Positions 36,921-50,915 of a stretch of DNA of 57,964 nucleotides are shown piece by piece. Every line of letters starts with the position of its first letter. Positions within the stretch are counted from its first letter, which is position 1. Where the stretch lies: the NCBI RefSeq assembly GCF_000143415.4, contig NW_003314348.1:501593-559556 (forward strand). Reading direction: 5' to 3'. Source of the stretch: Selaginella moellendorffii (taxonomy: Eukaryota > Plantae > Lycopodiophyta). The position numbers and the translations under genes were made by a program. Below the pieces are notes generated by a model. It had not been told where the DNA came from. It did no database searches and saw only the letters and a list, made by a program, of their open reading frames with translations.

Positions 36921-38462
36921 CTAAGTATCGCCACCTACGCCCGAACTAGCTAGCCTAGCTTCCAACTCGTTGAGCTCGTCCTCGTCCAGATCATCGTCCT
37001 CAACGTCTGGAATCGCTTCGTCGTCCTCGTCAATCTCGGCTGGATCCACAGACGCTGACGACGATCCAGCAGCAGCAGTTGCGGCGGTATCAGTTGCCTG
37101 CAATGAAAAACAGAAACTTTGAGACATCTACAAGCTCCCATAGCCGGAGTTACCTTCGCATCCTGAGCTTTGGAGCTACTTCCGGGTTCCCCTTCGTCTC
37201 TCTCATACTCGTCGCAAGCCTCCAAATCGTCGACAAACAAGCTTGCGTCAGAGGCAAAGAGTTCTCTTCCACTGCAACAACAGAAACGCATTAGCGCTCT
37301 AAAAGTGAAAACCACACCATACCTCATTCTGTCATTCTTCGCTCGTTCAGCCCTCTTCTGTGCCAACATCGCTTCCCTTTCCTGCTCCTTTCTCTTCTTC
37401 CATTCGCTGAAGATCGTAGCATTTAGAGGGGTGGTCGTCGAAACCTTTGTTCGCTGCAACAGGGAAACAGAGCTCTTAGCACGTAAAAAGCTCATCCAAA
37501 GAGTACCTGTTCTTCGATCTCCTCTTCAATGCTTAGTTTCTCAGCTTCCTCCTCCAACAACGCCTTCATTTGAGACTTCAGAACGTACCCTGGTGGCAAC
37601 GCATGTCGGTAATGGCAGTCTTTACCACCATTGGGACACACCCAGAACCAGCCATACTGCTTCTTCTCAACGGCATCCAGGAAGTACTTGCACACCTGAA
37701 AGTTTGCAACGTTACTACAAGATCCCAGAACAAAAGCCAAAGACATACTATCTCAGTTGGTTTGTTGTTCATGTACTCTTTCCCTTTGGATTCCACAACC
37801 TTCTCCAGCGTCTCCTGGTCCCATTCTTCCATGGTCTCTGCTCACGAGCACGGAAAGGAAAATCAGAATAGAAAAGCTCGGGCTAAGACAACTCACCGTT
37901 ATCACGCTGGTCACTGTAGAGGTCGATCTTCTCTCCCTTTCTCTCCACATTGAGATCATGAGAGTACTTGCACTTGAATCCCTTGGCGCACTGTCCCCTC
38001 CTGAAAAACTCGCAAACGACTGACTTTGGATCGACACCTGAAATCGAGTACAGCTGCTACTGGTTTTAACGTATAATAGCGTGGGGAAAAAAGCTTCTTG
38101 CAGACACTCACCAACTGGAACTTTCGGCTGGCTGATGGCAACCTTGAAGAGCTCATTCAGCTCCTTCTCCCGCTGAGTTTCCTCTTCCTTCTTTTTCTGC
38201 GAATTTCCCAAAACAAATCCCCGGTGAGAGAGAAAAACCCACGTTCCAACAAAATCCAGACCTTCTGAGCAGCTTTGGGATCCTCCTCGCGCTTGACACG
38301 AGACTGCACGGATTGCTGGAGGCTCGCCACATACTTCTGGACATTCTTACTCTTGTTCTTGTTCTTGAGCCCAAATGTCTTGTCCTCCACGAGCTTCTGC
38401 TTCTTCGCCAAATCGGCCTTCTGCTTCTCCTTGGACCCCTTGTCGGCGGCTTTCGGAGGCAT
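36921..38462 (-). CDS. CCCH zinc finger protein, DRG family regulatory protein 1 (ZC3H15/Tma46/C3H11-like)
   Basis: [67 protein letters not shown]. Confidence 0.92.
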
Positions 38463-38619
38463 TTCTTCGCGGAGATGAATCAACCAATCGATCGAGCCGC
38501 GCTGCCCTTGCGCCGATCAGCGCCTCCACTTCCCAAGCCCTAACCCTCATCAAAGAGAGCAAAAGCCCTAAACAAAAATGCTAGCTTGCTTTCTCAAAGA
38601 GGAAAAGGGGGGTTTTTTA

Positions 38620-38955
38620 TCACTTCTTCTTCTTGCTATGGCGATTTCTCCGTCGGAGCTTCTTGTGCTTGTGCTTGTTCATCTTCTTTCTTCTCTTCTT
38701 CTTCACGCTGCTCGCTTCGATCTCAATCTCGTCGCCATCGTGACCGGGCAGCCAAATTCCCTCTCCGGTCAGCGAATCCACATGAATGTAGCTCGATCCC
38801 TTGTTGATCTCCACCTTATCGAAGCAGTTCCTCTCAAATCTCCCATCTTCCCCGATCCAAGCGCCGGTTCTCGGTAGCAAATGACTCGGCGCAGCTACAA
38901 ACCTCTTGACAGCCCACGCCGCGATCGCGCGCCTCGAGCACAAGCTTCTCAGCAT
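38620..38955 (-). CDS. Small mitochondrial protein with mS38/COX24 C-terminal (DUF1713) motif
   Basis: Presequence-like MLRSLCSRRAIAAW and C-terminal SSVKKKRRKKMNKHKHKKLRRRNR. Confidence 0.8.
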   Translation of the reverse strand: MLRSLCSRRAIAAWAVKRFVAAPSHLLPRTGAWIGEDGRFERNCFDKVEINKGSSYIHVDSLTGEGIWLPGHDGDEIEIEASSVKKKRRKKMNKHKHKKLRRRNRHSKKKK

Positions 38956-39062
38956 CACAAAGCCCTAAACCCGCGTAGCCAAGAGCCCTAGAAAACAGAG
39001 TGTATTATTCACATGAATATGCTGCCATTTTAAATTCAAACTCTTTGTGTGTAACACTGTCG

Positions 39063-42000
39063 CTATAAATCCAAGCACTCCTCGTAGAGCTCGTTGAGAA
39101 GCTCGGCCTCCACCTCCACGCCTATCGCCTCCACGAAATTTTGGAGCTCCATCCATCGATCACCCTTCATCAAATACTTCTCGATCAGATTCTCCACCGT
39201 GTGCTGTAAATCTTCGCCCTGGGGGTACACGAAGTAATCCGAGAGCTTCGACCACACCTCGGCCACCAGGAGTCCTCCGCCAGGAACAGTCCGGACAGTC
39301 GAAAGCCACGGATCACACACGAACTTGTGTGTCAAGATCTCGTCCACCATGTCGAAGAGATGCCGCCGTTTCATGCTCGAGATCTTCGTCGTCTCTGCTG
39401 TGGAGACGTCCTCGGCTTGGGTCCTGTAGAATCCTTCCAGCTGCTGGAACAGCATCGGGTCCAGAGCATGCGCCTGAGAGTGCTGCTCCACCAAAAAGCT
39501 GCCGCTGCCACTGTTCTTGATCAAGCCTGACGCGAGAAGGATGTTCTTCACGTAGACCTTCTGGCCGTCCTCCTCCTTGCACTTTTCCAGCTCCAGCCAT
39601 TGGAGGTGGCCAGTGTCGTTCGAGCTTACACTTGTCTCGAGCTCGGGGTGTTGTTTCTCTTCCACAACAACCTTGTCCACAACCACGTCCGAAATCTCAA
39701 GACCTTCTTGATCGTTGTCATCCCACTTCAAGCGACGGAGATGAATTCGCAGCTCTGCCAGAAACGAAGTCTTTGTTTGCTTTCAAGCAGAAAAGGAGAA
39801 CTCACCTTCCAGTTCCGAGCTGATCGTATCGAAGTCAACATGACCAGGACTCTCCTCAAAAGAGGACTCCAAAACGGATATTGGACTTGGTTGTCCACTG
39901 TTGTCGCTGCTTATGGATGTCTCGTCAACGTCCACAGCTTCGACGACGTCTGTAGTCGTCGGACTGGCTTTAACGAGCTCCTCCTCTTCTTGCGAAACCT
40001 GCAGCAATTGGCCCTGCCATCAATCCGAGAAAGAAAAAAAAGACAAGAAATAGTATGTTGACTAACCTCCTCTTTGTGACGCCAGCTTGAAACTTCCGAA
40101 GACAAATGTGAAGTTTCAGGAACCGACTGCTTGCTATAATCAGTTTCTTCTTCGCACGGACTGGCAGAAACTGTGGGAACGCTGTTATTTGACGAAAGAA
40201 ACGCCGAAGGCGATCTCGAAACATCTGTCTCTGGCTGGGATACTGCTTCCGAAACACCGATGTCTGCTGTATACTCGGACTCTAACGTGTCCCTTGAATC
40301 GCTACACTCAAGAGAAGCCTCGTTTTCCCCCTGTGACTCGAATCCAGAAGTTTTCAGAAGAAAGCTTCCCCCATATCCCAGCAAGTCGCTACCGGGAACG
40401 GCCTCATCCAAACTATAATCCCCTACCTTAGCACCCGCATCGTCTTGTACAGTATTTGTAAACTCCCTGTTAGTGAGATCTACGTTGTTTTTCCTAGCTT
40501 CAGAAGGCTGGCTTCTAGCTTTCCGGAAAGAATCGCCAAGCTTGTGAGATGTCTCGGGCAATACTTGTTGATTCTTTCGAATTCTATCCTTCCTTACCAC
40601 CTGTTTGCTTATGCCACTTGAAGAGACTATCTCCCTGTTCTGTGCTTCAGAGACTTTACTTATCCGGCTGCTAACGGACTGGTCAGGCACCAAAACAACG
40701 ATGCCCTTCGACACAGGTCGTGGCATTGGCGGAGAACTCCCAGAAGCTTGCTGCCTCGGACGACTTGGTTTTTTCTGTACCGAAGAAAGCGAAGCCTTGA
40801 AGCCTGTATCCTCCACAGCCTCAACTTGAGGCTTTGGTCTCCTACTAGTTCTCCCAGTAGGCGTTGTTACCCCGTCACCCCTCAAGAATTCACTTCCACC
40901 GCCGAGTCTTGGACCGTCCGAGTTATCAAGTGTCACGTTTAGTCTCTTGCCAGCACCCTGTTCTTGTAGAGCATTCCTCGCCAAGTCTCGCACCACGCTT
41001 TCCCGGACTTGACGAGCGATTTCCTTGGCAATCTCCCTGGGATTGGCAGCGCCTTCATTCCTGGAAGTATCCGCAATCCTCCTCATATCATCGCAAGCCT
41101 CTGTTACCCTCCTAGAAGGAATAGTTTCATCCCGGACGCTGTTTGCATATGGTCCTGGAGAAAAGCTGGCCGATGTAGGACTCGCGTTTCGGTTCGGACT
41201 CGGCTTGAGAACAACTATCCTCGTCGGAGCTTGGTTGTCAGGGACCAAATTCTTTATGATGTCTTCGCCAGCTCCAACCAAGTTGGAATGCCTGGAGAAA
41301 TTTTTGAGTGCATCTTCTCTTCTACCCTCGATAACTTTCCTGACAATGGGATTCCTGAGCCCCTCCGGTACTGGCCTGTCAATAGCAACGTTTCTGTGTG
41401 CGACTCCGGGAGTTTTTTCGATATGTTTACCGAGAACCGAGTCCTGATCCTCAACGTACTTCAGGAAAGCATCTCTGTTGGTCTGGAAGAAGTCGATCGC
41501 GTCTAAAAACTCCTTGGACTGATTCAGCTGCTGATTTGCTGCAAGCCACCTTTTGTCTGAGAGTTTTTCCCCAGTTAGCAAACGCGTCGCTTCGTTCAAC
41601 TTCTCCCGCACAAGCATCTGTTTGAGAGCTAGCTGCCGCTTCATCTCCTCTATCTCAAACACATCTGGTAACTCTCTTGCTGCCCCTCGCTTTTTGTTGT
41701 CCGAACCCCGAGGACGATTAAACTTTGCCTTGTCTTCCACATAGTAAGATTCCTGGACCGGCAGTACCACTGTAGCTACTGGAGGAGCCTGCTTAAACTC
41801 GTTTTGCCTTCTCGACTGTTTCTCCACTGCCTGCTTTGGAGTCACTTGGTCTCCCCCTTTCTTCTTGGCCTGCTTCGCCGGGACTGATTCGTTGGGGAGA
41901 GTATCCAAACCCATGAGCCGAGCGACCACGTTTGGGGGCCGAAAGTCCATATCCCTGCCGCTGTGAGCCTTGAGTACATACTCGCTTCCCCCATGCACGA

Positions 42001-42359
42001 AGTTCATCTTCTTGTCAGGCGTCCTAGAGTTGGTCCGAGTTGTCTGCAAAAACAACAACTTAGCCACAACCAAAAAATCAGAACTTCTTTCACCACGCTA
42101 GTACTTACTTCCCCCTCCTCGCGCTTGGCTCTCGACTTCGGCGAATCTCTTCCCTTGTAGAGCTTGTCCATTTGGTAATCTGAAAGAAACACAGAAAAAA
42201 AAATCACGGTTTTTGCTACCAACACGAGTCGATCTACTTACCGAGAGCGATCCTCCTGTCATCGGGTAGCCTCTTTCCCGAGAGAGTTTCATTGAAGTCG
42301 AAGAGATGCATTCCACTAGCTGGGCCACCTCTGTCCGCGTACCTTCCCTCTCGAGCCAT
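39063..42359 (-). CDS. TON1-recruiting motif (TRM/LONGIFOLIA-like) protein
   Basis: Exon 1 MAREGRYADRGGPASGMHLFDFN, NVVARLMGLD, PTRIVVLKP, QPSPISVLE, C-terminal DUF4378-like region ending VEAELLNELYEECLDL*. Confidence 0.87.
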
Positions 42360-44936
42360 GAACAGAACCCGCGGCTACTAAATGGCTAGCCAAGCCTCTG
42401 CTAAAGCAGCTCCTGCGAAGGGCGTTGAGCTGAGAGTTGTGGATCCAGCATTTCTTTCCATAGCACCCATCACGCAAAGACAAGGCGCCTTCACTCCAAA
42501 GCAACAATTCCACAGTGATCTCATGTGCGTTTCGTTTTGATCCCGAGGCTCAAAATTTTTCCCCCTCCCAGCACGATCACCACAGCCTGCATTTTCCCAG
42601 CTAGATGTCGCAGATCCAAGCGCTGCCGAAACGCATCGCTAGCTCCTGAGAAGCCCTAAAATCGGAGCTCCAAAACCTGGATGCAAATCCCGTAATAATG
42701 TATCGAATCCAAATCCTGGAACCGCTGATCCCAGGAACCCTAGTCCGCCGCGTGACGAGAGGAGAGGGGTAATGCCAAAAAACGCAATGTGGCAGCCTAG
42801 GCCTCCATAGCCGGCACCAGAAACAGCCACAGTTGTTCTAAACAGGGTGCCGAATACGGTCACGCCACGTGTCCGCGTCGCGCCCTTCGCATCTCGACCG
42901 TCCGGGACCATATAGTTAACATGTCATTGTTTGCGCAAATCTAAGAATCACGACCACAACAATAGTTAAATGTCCTTGCTTAAATCACAGCATTGCCATT
43001 GTTGCTATTGCCTCTCCAACCTTATGCGCGATTCGTACACGAAGAGCCTTGGTACGGACTGGCACTGGTGGGTGAATTTAAAGACTTCCATGTTCCAGGC
43101 GGTCCCATTTTTGGTCACACCTTTCCTTTTTGTGATTGTGGATGTTATGTCCTTGTCAAGAAATTTATGTCCATTACACTCTTCTAGCCATGCAACACCG
43201 CCATTTTAGATGTTTCCATTCCTTGGAATGCCTTACGATCTTCCAATTAGCTCAAAACACTTGCGGTGGTCTCGAGCTCAATTTCCTAAGCGACCAGCTT
43301 TTCTGTTTCTCTGCTGTACTGCTGTTGTGCCCAGAGAGAGGTGTATGATCGCTCAAGCTCAAGCATGCGTCCGGGCTCTCGTTTCTTGGCACCTCACAGC
43401 ATTGCTATTATTTCTCTGCACGTTCCAGCAGAGATCCGCTAAGCAAAACTTTGGGTGTTTTCCTGTTTATTAAGTGCCAGAAGATTGTTAAGGTGGTTGA
43501 GTCTCTATTTGGGATAAATGTTTTAAATATCTTCAAATATATATTAAAACTACTATTTTGAATATAAAACTAAATCGGTTTATTTTATGCTACATTGATC
43601 CAGATTTAATTAAGAATATTATTATTTTCTTAACAGTGTCAGATTAAAAAATATACAAGAATATATTCAGGTATATGCTTAGGTTTTCTAAACCAAACCA
43701 AAAAACAAAACTCTAAACTCTAAAAATTTTATACCCACTAACAGCAAATAAATTACATCTCTGGATGGCTTGCAATGTTGGCACTGGTAAATGCTGGCTG
43801 GGAGAGTGATGTGTTCTAGCATCTCCTTTTGCAGTTCCTCTCCTTAGATTGCAGCATTGAGTTCTAAAACTCTAATGTCCTCAAGCTCACTCTTTAGAAG
43901 GCTGCCCGCCACCACATTGTACTAGAGGCCCCAAGGAGACTCATGAGAGTGTTCCAAATCCCGGACGTCCAGCCCAGTGGAAGCAATCCAGAAACAAAAT
44001 CTTCTCAAGCCAGGAGTGGGCATTCCCCTCAAGAAGCTGAGAAAGGCTGTGAAGAATATAGCTTACGGTTTGACGACCTCAAGGATCATCAAAAGCAGTG
44101 ATTCTGGCTCCCATCACTGTGCCAGAATTAAGCTTCGATCATGGTGGCCTAGTCTTTACTGCTCATGCCATCAAACATGCGATCAAGATCCCACAGTTGG
44201 CATACATCACCATCAATGAAGTCTCCACAACCAAGTCCCAACTAATTTCAAAAGGACCTGGCATGGCTGGCAAGGATCCATCAATAGCATGGCCTTAATC
44301 TAGAGTTTGGATCTTAAAATACTGCAAGAGCAGGTTGGAGAGCCAAATAAAGTTGCTGGTTAAGTTCATCTCGTGGAAAGTCCTAATTGCTGGGAGATTA
44401 CATGGTTTTTCCCAGCATTTATCCCACCCTTGCAATTCTTTGGGGTAAATGCTGGAAAAACACCATATAATCTCCCCTATGAACGAATATGGCATATATA
44501 TAAGTGTGCATGATATGGACAATGCAATATTTGAGATAATATTGGCAACTACCATTCGTAGATTGAGTTTGAGCTTGTTGCCCCTGGAAGATTTTATGTT
44601 AGATTGCACTCCTTGGGTATTACCTTCACCATTATCAGCCTGTCCTTCACATATTATTTTATCTAGACAACTTACATTAAGGTTTTTTTTTTAAATACTG
44701 ACAAAGAAAGATGCTTGATTGATCTTAACTTTCACAAACAAAATTTAAACTATTATTTTGAAATGGCTTATGAAAACAGAATTGTTTTTGGGAATTTCCA
44801 TTTCTTAATTTCATATTAAAGTCCTATCAAATAATCTAGATTAAATTAGTAACCTGTATAGTATATAAATAAATATTAACTGAATTGATAAAAGATGTAA
44901 TTTATTTGTTTTAGTTGTCAAATAAATATTTTAATT

Positions 44937-45102
44937 TGAAATATGAAAAGGGAATACAAAAAATGTACATATCAATTAGCCCAAAAACCTTAGTTTATAT
45001 ACAAAAGCGAGTGGTCCGAATTAAAACCAATCCAACATCTACCAAAATCCCACTATAGTAATATTAGTATATGGCATCATAATTATACATTTGGACCTTA
45101 CA
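44937..45102 (-). repeat. 3' LTR of outer gypsy element (terminal ~10 bp eroded)
   Basis: Preceded on the minus strand by polypurine tract GAGAGGAGGGGATGA. Aligns to 55312-55477. Confidence 0.78.
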
Positions 45103-45593
45103 TCATCCCCTCCTCTCAAAATAATGGAAGACCATTAAGGTTCTCTTGTGGATGGGCCAGGATGTGGGAGAACGTCAGGAGGAGGCATCAATAGATTTGT
45201 AGGTAGTATTAGCTATTGTTAATCCCTTTATATGAAGTGTTTCAACTGTTACTGTAGCGCATGTGATCATGGGATGAGATTTGGATATACTGTCACCGTG
45301 GATCCTTGGAACCTTGGGGGATAAAATAGCCACTAAGGGCTCTCTCATCAAGCAATTGCCCCTTTTTCAGTTGGCTTAAGGGGAGAGAGATAAAGTGTGC
45401 TACAGTTACACATGTATAATTTATGGAGGATTGGCTTGTTAGGTGTCATATCGAACCTTATAAATTTGTGGTTTAACTTGCCGCAACACCTAATATAGTC
45501 CTTTCCATTGAGCAAGGAGCCCTTTAAATAAACCACGTACTATAAAATGGGGAAAATAAACTAACACAAAGTCATCCATTTTGTGCTCCACAA

Positions 45594-46741
45594 TGTAAAG
45601 AACCGACTCCCTGAGATGTCGTAGGCTAAAGGATCCCCGAAAGCATGACCGAAATGACAAAGAGTTCATTGGATGGGACCGAGTCGAAGATTGAGTCCAA
45701 GACCAACTCTGAGACCGAGTTTGAGATAGAGTCTGAGATCGAGCTCGAGGCCGAATCAGAGACCGAGTTCGAGACTGAGTTCAAGACCAAGTTCGAGACA
45801 AAGTCCGAGACCCAAATCGGGTCCGAGACTGAGTCCGAGGTCGAGTCCGAAGTAGAGTCCAAGATCGGGTCCGAGATCAAGTCCGAGATCGAGTTCGAGA
45901 CCGAGTCCGAAGTCGGGTCCGAGATCGAGTCCAAGATCGAGTCCAAGACTGAGTCCGAATACTAATACGGGTCAAGGGGTGAAAGCCCAAAGCATGCGTC
46001 TCCCAAGGGGGGGGGGGCTGTAGGGGGTTCCAAAAGTATAGTAGGGATAGTGAGAGTCTTGAAGGAACTCTCCAATGGTGCTTCCAAACTGACTTGAGGT
46101 TGAGATTGGGGCTGAGGGGCCTTGGGTGGGAGTGAGCACGGGCTTGGGTGGTGCCAAAGGGGCCACCTAGGGAAGTGCTCAAGAGCAGCTCCTACTCCCG
46201 AAAGGGAAACCAACTGCAATGCTCCCAGCTCATGTGGAGTGGTGCCCCACTTGAGTACCTTGTGGCTCATTGGTCCTCGCCCTTCTTAGGGGCTTGGGCC
46301 TTCCCTTCGGGATGGAAGTGGGGGGGTAGAGGTACCCATACCGGGCCGTTAGGCCACGGTGTTTCGCCCCGATGTCCTGAAGCAAGTGTTACACCTAAGG
46401 CTTGGGATTTAAAGGGTCCCATGATCAAGTTTTGTTGTACCAAGGGGTGTTAGGAACTTGGAGGCTTGGTGTGCTTAGCTGCTTATGCCTGCGGGGAGTG
46501 TAGTCGACCCTTAAGTCCAATCTAACCTGGGGAGGGGGATTGGGAGAGATTTGGGAATCTGTGGATGGATGGCTAATGCTTTATTGCTCGTGTAGTGAGT
46601 AGTTGAAACTAAGTAAGACCAAGTAGGAGTTGGTACAATAGGCGGGAACCTTGGCGAGGGAATTTAGCACAAGCCAAGGCAATGTTGGTCAGATAAACGA
46701 GGTAAGCTGGCAAATTGGAAAAGAAAAATTTATGGCTTACA
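45594..46741 (+). repeat. 5' LTR of inner element
   Basis: TGTAAAG...TTACA. Its last 687 bp (46055-46741) match 50916-51602. Confidence 0.85.
45675..45960. repeat. Degenerate hexamer tandem array (GAGTCC/GAGATC/AAGATC/GAGACC) inside the 5' LTR
   Basis: Visible 6/12 bp periodicity that produces spurious ESE/SDS-rich ORFs on both strands. Confidence 0.9.
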
Positions 46742-48009
46742 ATTTGGTATCAGAGCTTTTTCCTCAGTTCTAGCGAAGGATAGAGGCGGATTGCTGGGAG
46801 ATGGCAAAGGCAGGACGTAAGTGAACCCAGGCAGAGACAGAACCCCCGCCAGAGCTGGAGCCTCCGGTCGAACAAGAGGCTATGGATGAGGAATCCTTGC
46901 ATGAGGAGGACTCCAATAAGGAAACTTCCAAACAGGAGTCTGGTGGCGAGGTTCAATCGTCCAAGGCTCAATTGAACGTTCTAGAAGGACAATTGGCACA
47001 GACCAATGCCCTACTAGAGACTCTCGTACGTAAGCTAAAGCGTGACGAGAAGCGGAAGAAAAAGCGAAAAACTGCGGATGCTAGCAGCGCAGAAGGTGCA
47101 GACCCTTCGGCAGGGACTGAGGCAAAACCAGACAAGGTTGAACAGACCGAAGTGGAATCAGTCCTCAGGCAATTCCCAAGTACAAACCAAAGCCCCCACC
47201 AGGCTTCAAGGGAGTGAACGACTATAAGGTGGTGGAGGATTGGTTTTATGATATGGAGGACTGCTTCCGAGTGTTGCGGTTACCGAGCTCGGAGAAGGTC
47301 CCATGTGCAAAACCATACTTGGCAGATAATGCCAAGTCTTGGTGGAGAACGACAGAGGCTAATGAAGGACCGGTGGCCACTTGGGAGATGATGAAGGTGA
47401 GGATCCGCGCGACTTACGTTCCTCCGAATGCTACTCTGCATCTAAGGGACGAGTTGAGTAGGCTGAAGCAGACCGGAACCATTCAGGAGTATATGAATGG
47501 GTTTATAGCAAAGAGGATACTTGTCACGGACATGGGGGATATGGATGCGTTCCATGCCTTCATATCAGGTTTGCAAACCTGGGCTCGCGGTGAGGTGATG
47601 CGTTAGAACCCAACCAACTATAAGGAAGCGTTAGATGCGGCCATCAAGGTGCATTTCAACAATAACTTGCGAAAGGGGAACACGACGGGGTCGGGGTCCA
47701 CGTTTAGCAAAGGGGCCAAACCAAGGGGAACGTATAGCAGAGGGAAATTCAAGAAGAGTTTCTCTAAGAATGAGTCCTCAGGGTTCCGGAAAGGCAAATT
47801 CGGTGGCCAACGAGCGAGTACGTGGGGGAGTCAAGCAAAAAGAGACAAATCCATGGATAAAAAGGTTAAATCATATAGTAGTGTGGGAAACAACATATGC
47901 TACAACTGCGGTGAAGCGGGACACTTTTCAAGGAAATGTCTCTACCCGAAGAAGGCCAAAGCCAATATGGCTATCAAGTCGGGTGAAGTGCAAACTGAGG
48001 TATGTGATC

Positions 48010-48109
48010 NNNNNNNNNNNNNNNNNNNNNNNNNNNNNNNNNNNNNNNNNNNNNNNNNNNNNNNNNNNNNNNNNNNNNNNNNNNNNNNNNNNNNNNNNNN
48101 NNNNNNNNN
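48010..48109. other. Assembly gap (100 N), where the inner element's protease region would lie
   Basis: Run of N between the gag zinc knuckle and the RT start. Confidence 0.99.
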
Positions 48110-50915
48110 GACCGATAGAACATAAAATTGAGTTAGTCGAGGGTGCTAAGGCGGTGGTTCGTCCCCCCTATCGTTTGAACGAAAAAGAACTCAAGGAGCT
48201 CAAGTGCCAACTAAAGGAGTTGGTGGACAAAGGGTATGTTAAGTTGAGCAAGTTGCCATATGGGGCGCCGGTGTTATTTGTGAAAAAGAAAGATGGATCT
48301 ATGCGCATGTGCATAGACTACCGGTTGCTCAACAAGTATACAAAGAAGAACAAGTACCTTTTGTCAAGGATTGAGGACCTATTCGATAGGTTGGGAAAGG
48401 CAAAATACTTCTCGAGGATTGACCTGAGGTCAGGATGCTACCAGATCAGGGTAACAAAGGAAGATGTCGAGAAAACAACCTGTCGAACCAAGTATGGGAG
48501 CTTTGAGTTTCTGGTGATGCCCTTTGGGCTGTGCAATGCGCCGGCAATGTTTTCGGCGTTGATGAACCATATCTTTGTACCCTATCTGGATCACTTCGTG
48601 GTCGTCTATATCGATGACATCTTGATCTATAGCGAAACGCTAGAGGAGCATGCCGAATACTTGGCGAAGGTGTTTGAGAAACTAAGGGAACACAAACTGT
48701 ATGCTAAAGAGAGCAAATATGACTTTGCTCAACAAGAGGTAAAGTTTCTCGGGCATGTGGTTGGCCAGGACGGGCTCAAGGTGGACCCGGAGAAGGTCCA
48801 AGCGATCTAGGAATGGGAGCGACCAACGAATGTACATGAGTTGAGGGTGTTCCTGGGGTTATGCAACTACTACCGAAAGTTTATCATACACTATTTGAGA
48901 GTAGCCCTGCCCTTAACAGACCAAACAGGAAAAGGGAAGATAGTATGGACAGCGGAATGCGAGGTGGCATTCTTCCACCTCAAAGGGAAGTTGAGGAAGG
49001 TTCTTGTGTTGGCATTACCAGACTTTGGTAAGGAGTTTGAGGTAGAAACGGATGCTTCAAACTTTGCGTTGGGCGCAGTTTTGAAGCAAGACAACCATCC
49101 AGTAGCGTTCTTCTCGAAGAAGTTGGACAAGGCTCAACAGAAGTGGCCTACCCATGAGAAGGAATTGTTTGCGGTGGTCAAGGCACTCAAGGAGTGGCGA
49201 CACTACCTTGGGAGACACTTCAAGGTTTACATGGATAATGTGGCAACAAAACACTTCTTATCACAACCCAACTTGAGAGGGAAACAAGGTCGGTGGGCCA
49301 ATGCCTTGGCCAAGTTTGATTGTGAGATTCTGTACAAGCCTGGGAAGAGCAACATCGTGGCGGATGCGCTAAGTCAAAAAGCGAGCTTGAGGTTGGCGAT
49401 ATCTAGCATGACAGCAACCTTTTGGGACGATGTGCGGAAAGCATATGAGAACGATGGTCTAACCCAAGAAGTGTTGCTGAGGAATCTAGAGGCAAGGGAA
49501 GCTCACTAGAGAGGTGAGCTGCCAACGGAAGAGAAAACAGGCTATGCGGAATGCAAGGGACTCATCTATTACAAGCAAACAAGGGTGTATGTTCCAAAAG
49601 GGGAACTAAGGAAGGTAACCTTAAAAGAGTGTCATGATGAACCTTTTGCGGGACACGGCGGAGTGCCCAAAATGATGGGCTTACTCAAGAGGAAGTACCA
49701 TTGGCCAGATATGGCTAAGGACATCCAAGACTATGTAAAAACATGTCCAACATGCTAGCAAGTCAAAGCCGTGACTAAGGCTAATGGGGGTTTGTTGCAA
49801 AGCATCCCAATTCCAGATCGTTTGTGGAAATGTCTTACGATAGACTTCATCACGGGACTTCCCCCAAGCGAGGGGTTTGATGCGATATTCGTGGTGGTGG
49901 ACCGATTTTCGAAAAGGGCACATTTCATACCCACCACAATGGAAGTGGATGCGGAAGGTGTGGCAAAGTTGTTCTTTGAACAAGTGGTTCGAGTGTGGGG
50001 AAGGTCGGAAGAGATCATCTCAGATCGAGATAAAATCTTCACTAGTAGGTTCTGGAGGACTCTTCTAGATCAGTATCGCACCAAGTTGAAATTTAGCACA
50101 GCCTATCACCCCCAAACAGGTATTGGGTATTAAGTCAAGTTTGATGGCACTAACACTTCTTGACAGACGGACAAATGGAAAGGGTGAATAGGCAGCTGCA
50201 GGATTATTTGCGATGCTATGTCTCGGGAGACTAGACCGATTGGGTAAGTCATTTGGGATTTGCAGAAATGTGTTATAACAACTCACCAAATTCGAGTATC
50301 GGGGTGAGTCCATGGGAAGTCATAAATGGGCGAGCTATTGAAGGTCCTATGGAACTCGGCATGGCCGAGTACCATGGAGAGTTACCCGTAGTGGAGGCAT
50401 TCACGGCGGAAAGACTCAACATTTGGAATCTTATGAGGGATTCCTTGGAACAGGCTCAACAAAGGCAAACCAAGTACGCGAACCAGAAGCGCCGGGATGT
50501 AGACTTCCAAGCTGGGGAGAAGATGTGGTTGAACACCAAGAACCTCAGGCTATCAAGTGGGATCAGCCGGAAGTTGACCCAAAGGTAAAAATGCATGTAT
50601 TCATGTAAATGAATTGATCTTGAGTTCCTTAAGCAGGTTCGCAGGGCTTTACGAGATTGAGGCACGAATCGGTAAAGTGGTTTACCGTCTCCGACTTCCT
50701 TGAGAGATGGGGAAGATGCACCTAGTGTTCCACATGAACTTACTCAAGCCGTACTTTGAGGATCCGCTTCGCAAGGACCAAGTAAGACCTTTACTTGAGG
50801 TTATCCAAGGGAAGAGGAATACGAAGTCGAGGCCATCCTCAATGCACGCAAGAGCAAGTGACAAAGACGCGAGGTGAGAGAGTTCCATGTGAAGTGTGAG
50901 AGAGGTCCAGGAACC

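Noticed and set aside
45626-45965. ESE/SDS-rich ORFs on both strands, or a CRISPR-like array
   Set aside because: Products of a hexamer tandem repeat inside an LTR. There are no unique spacers.
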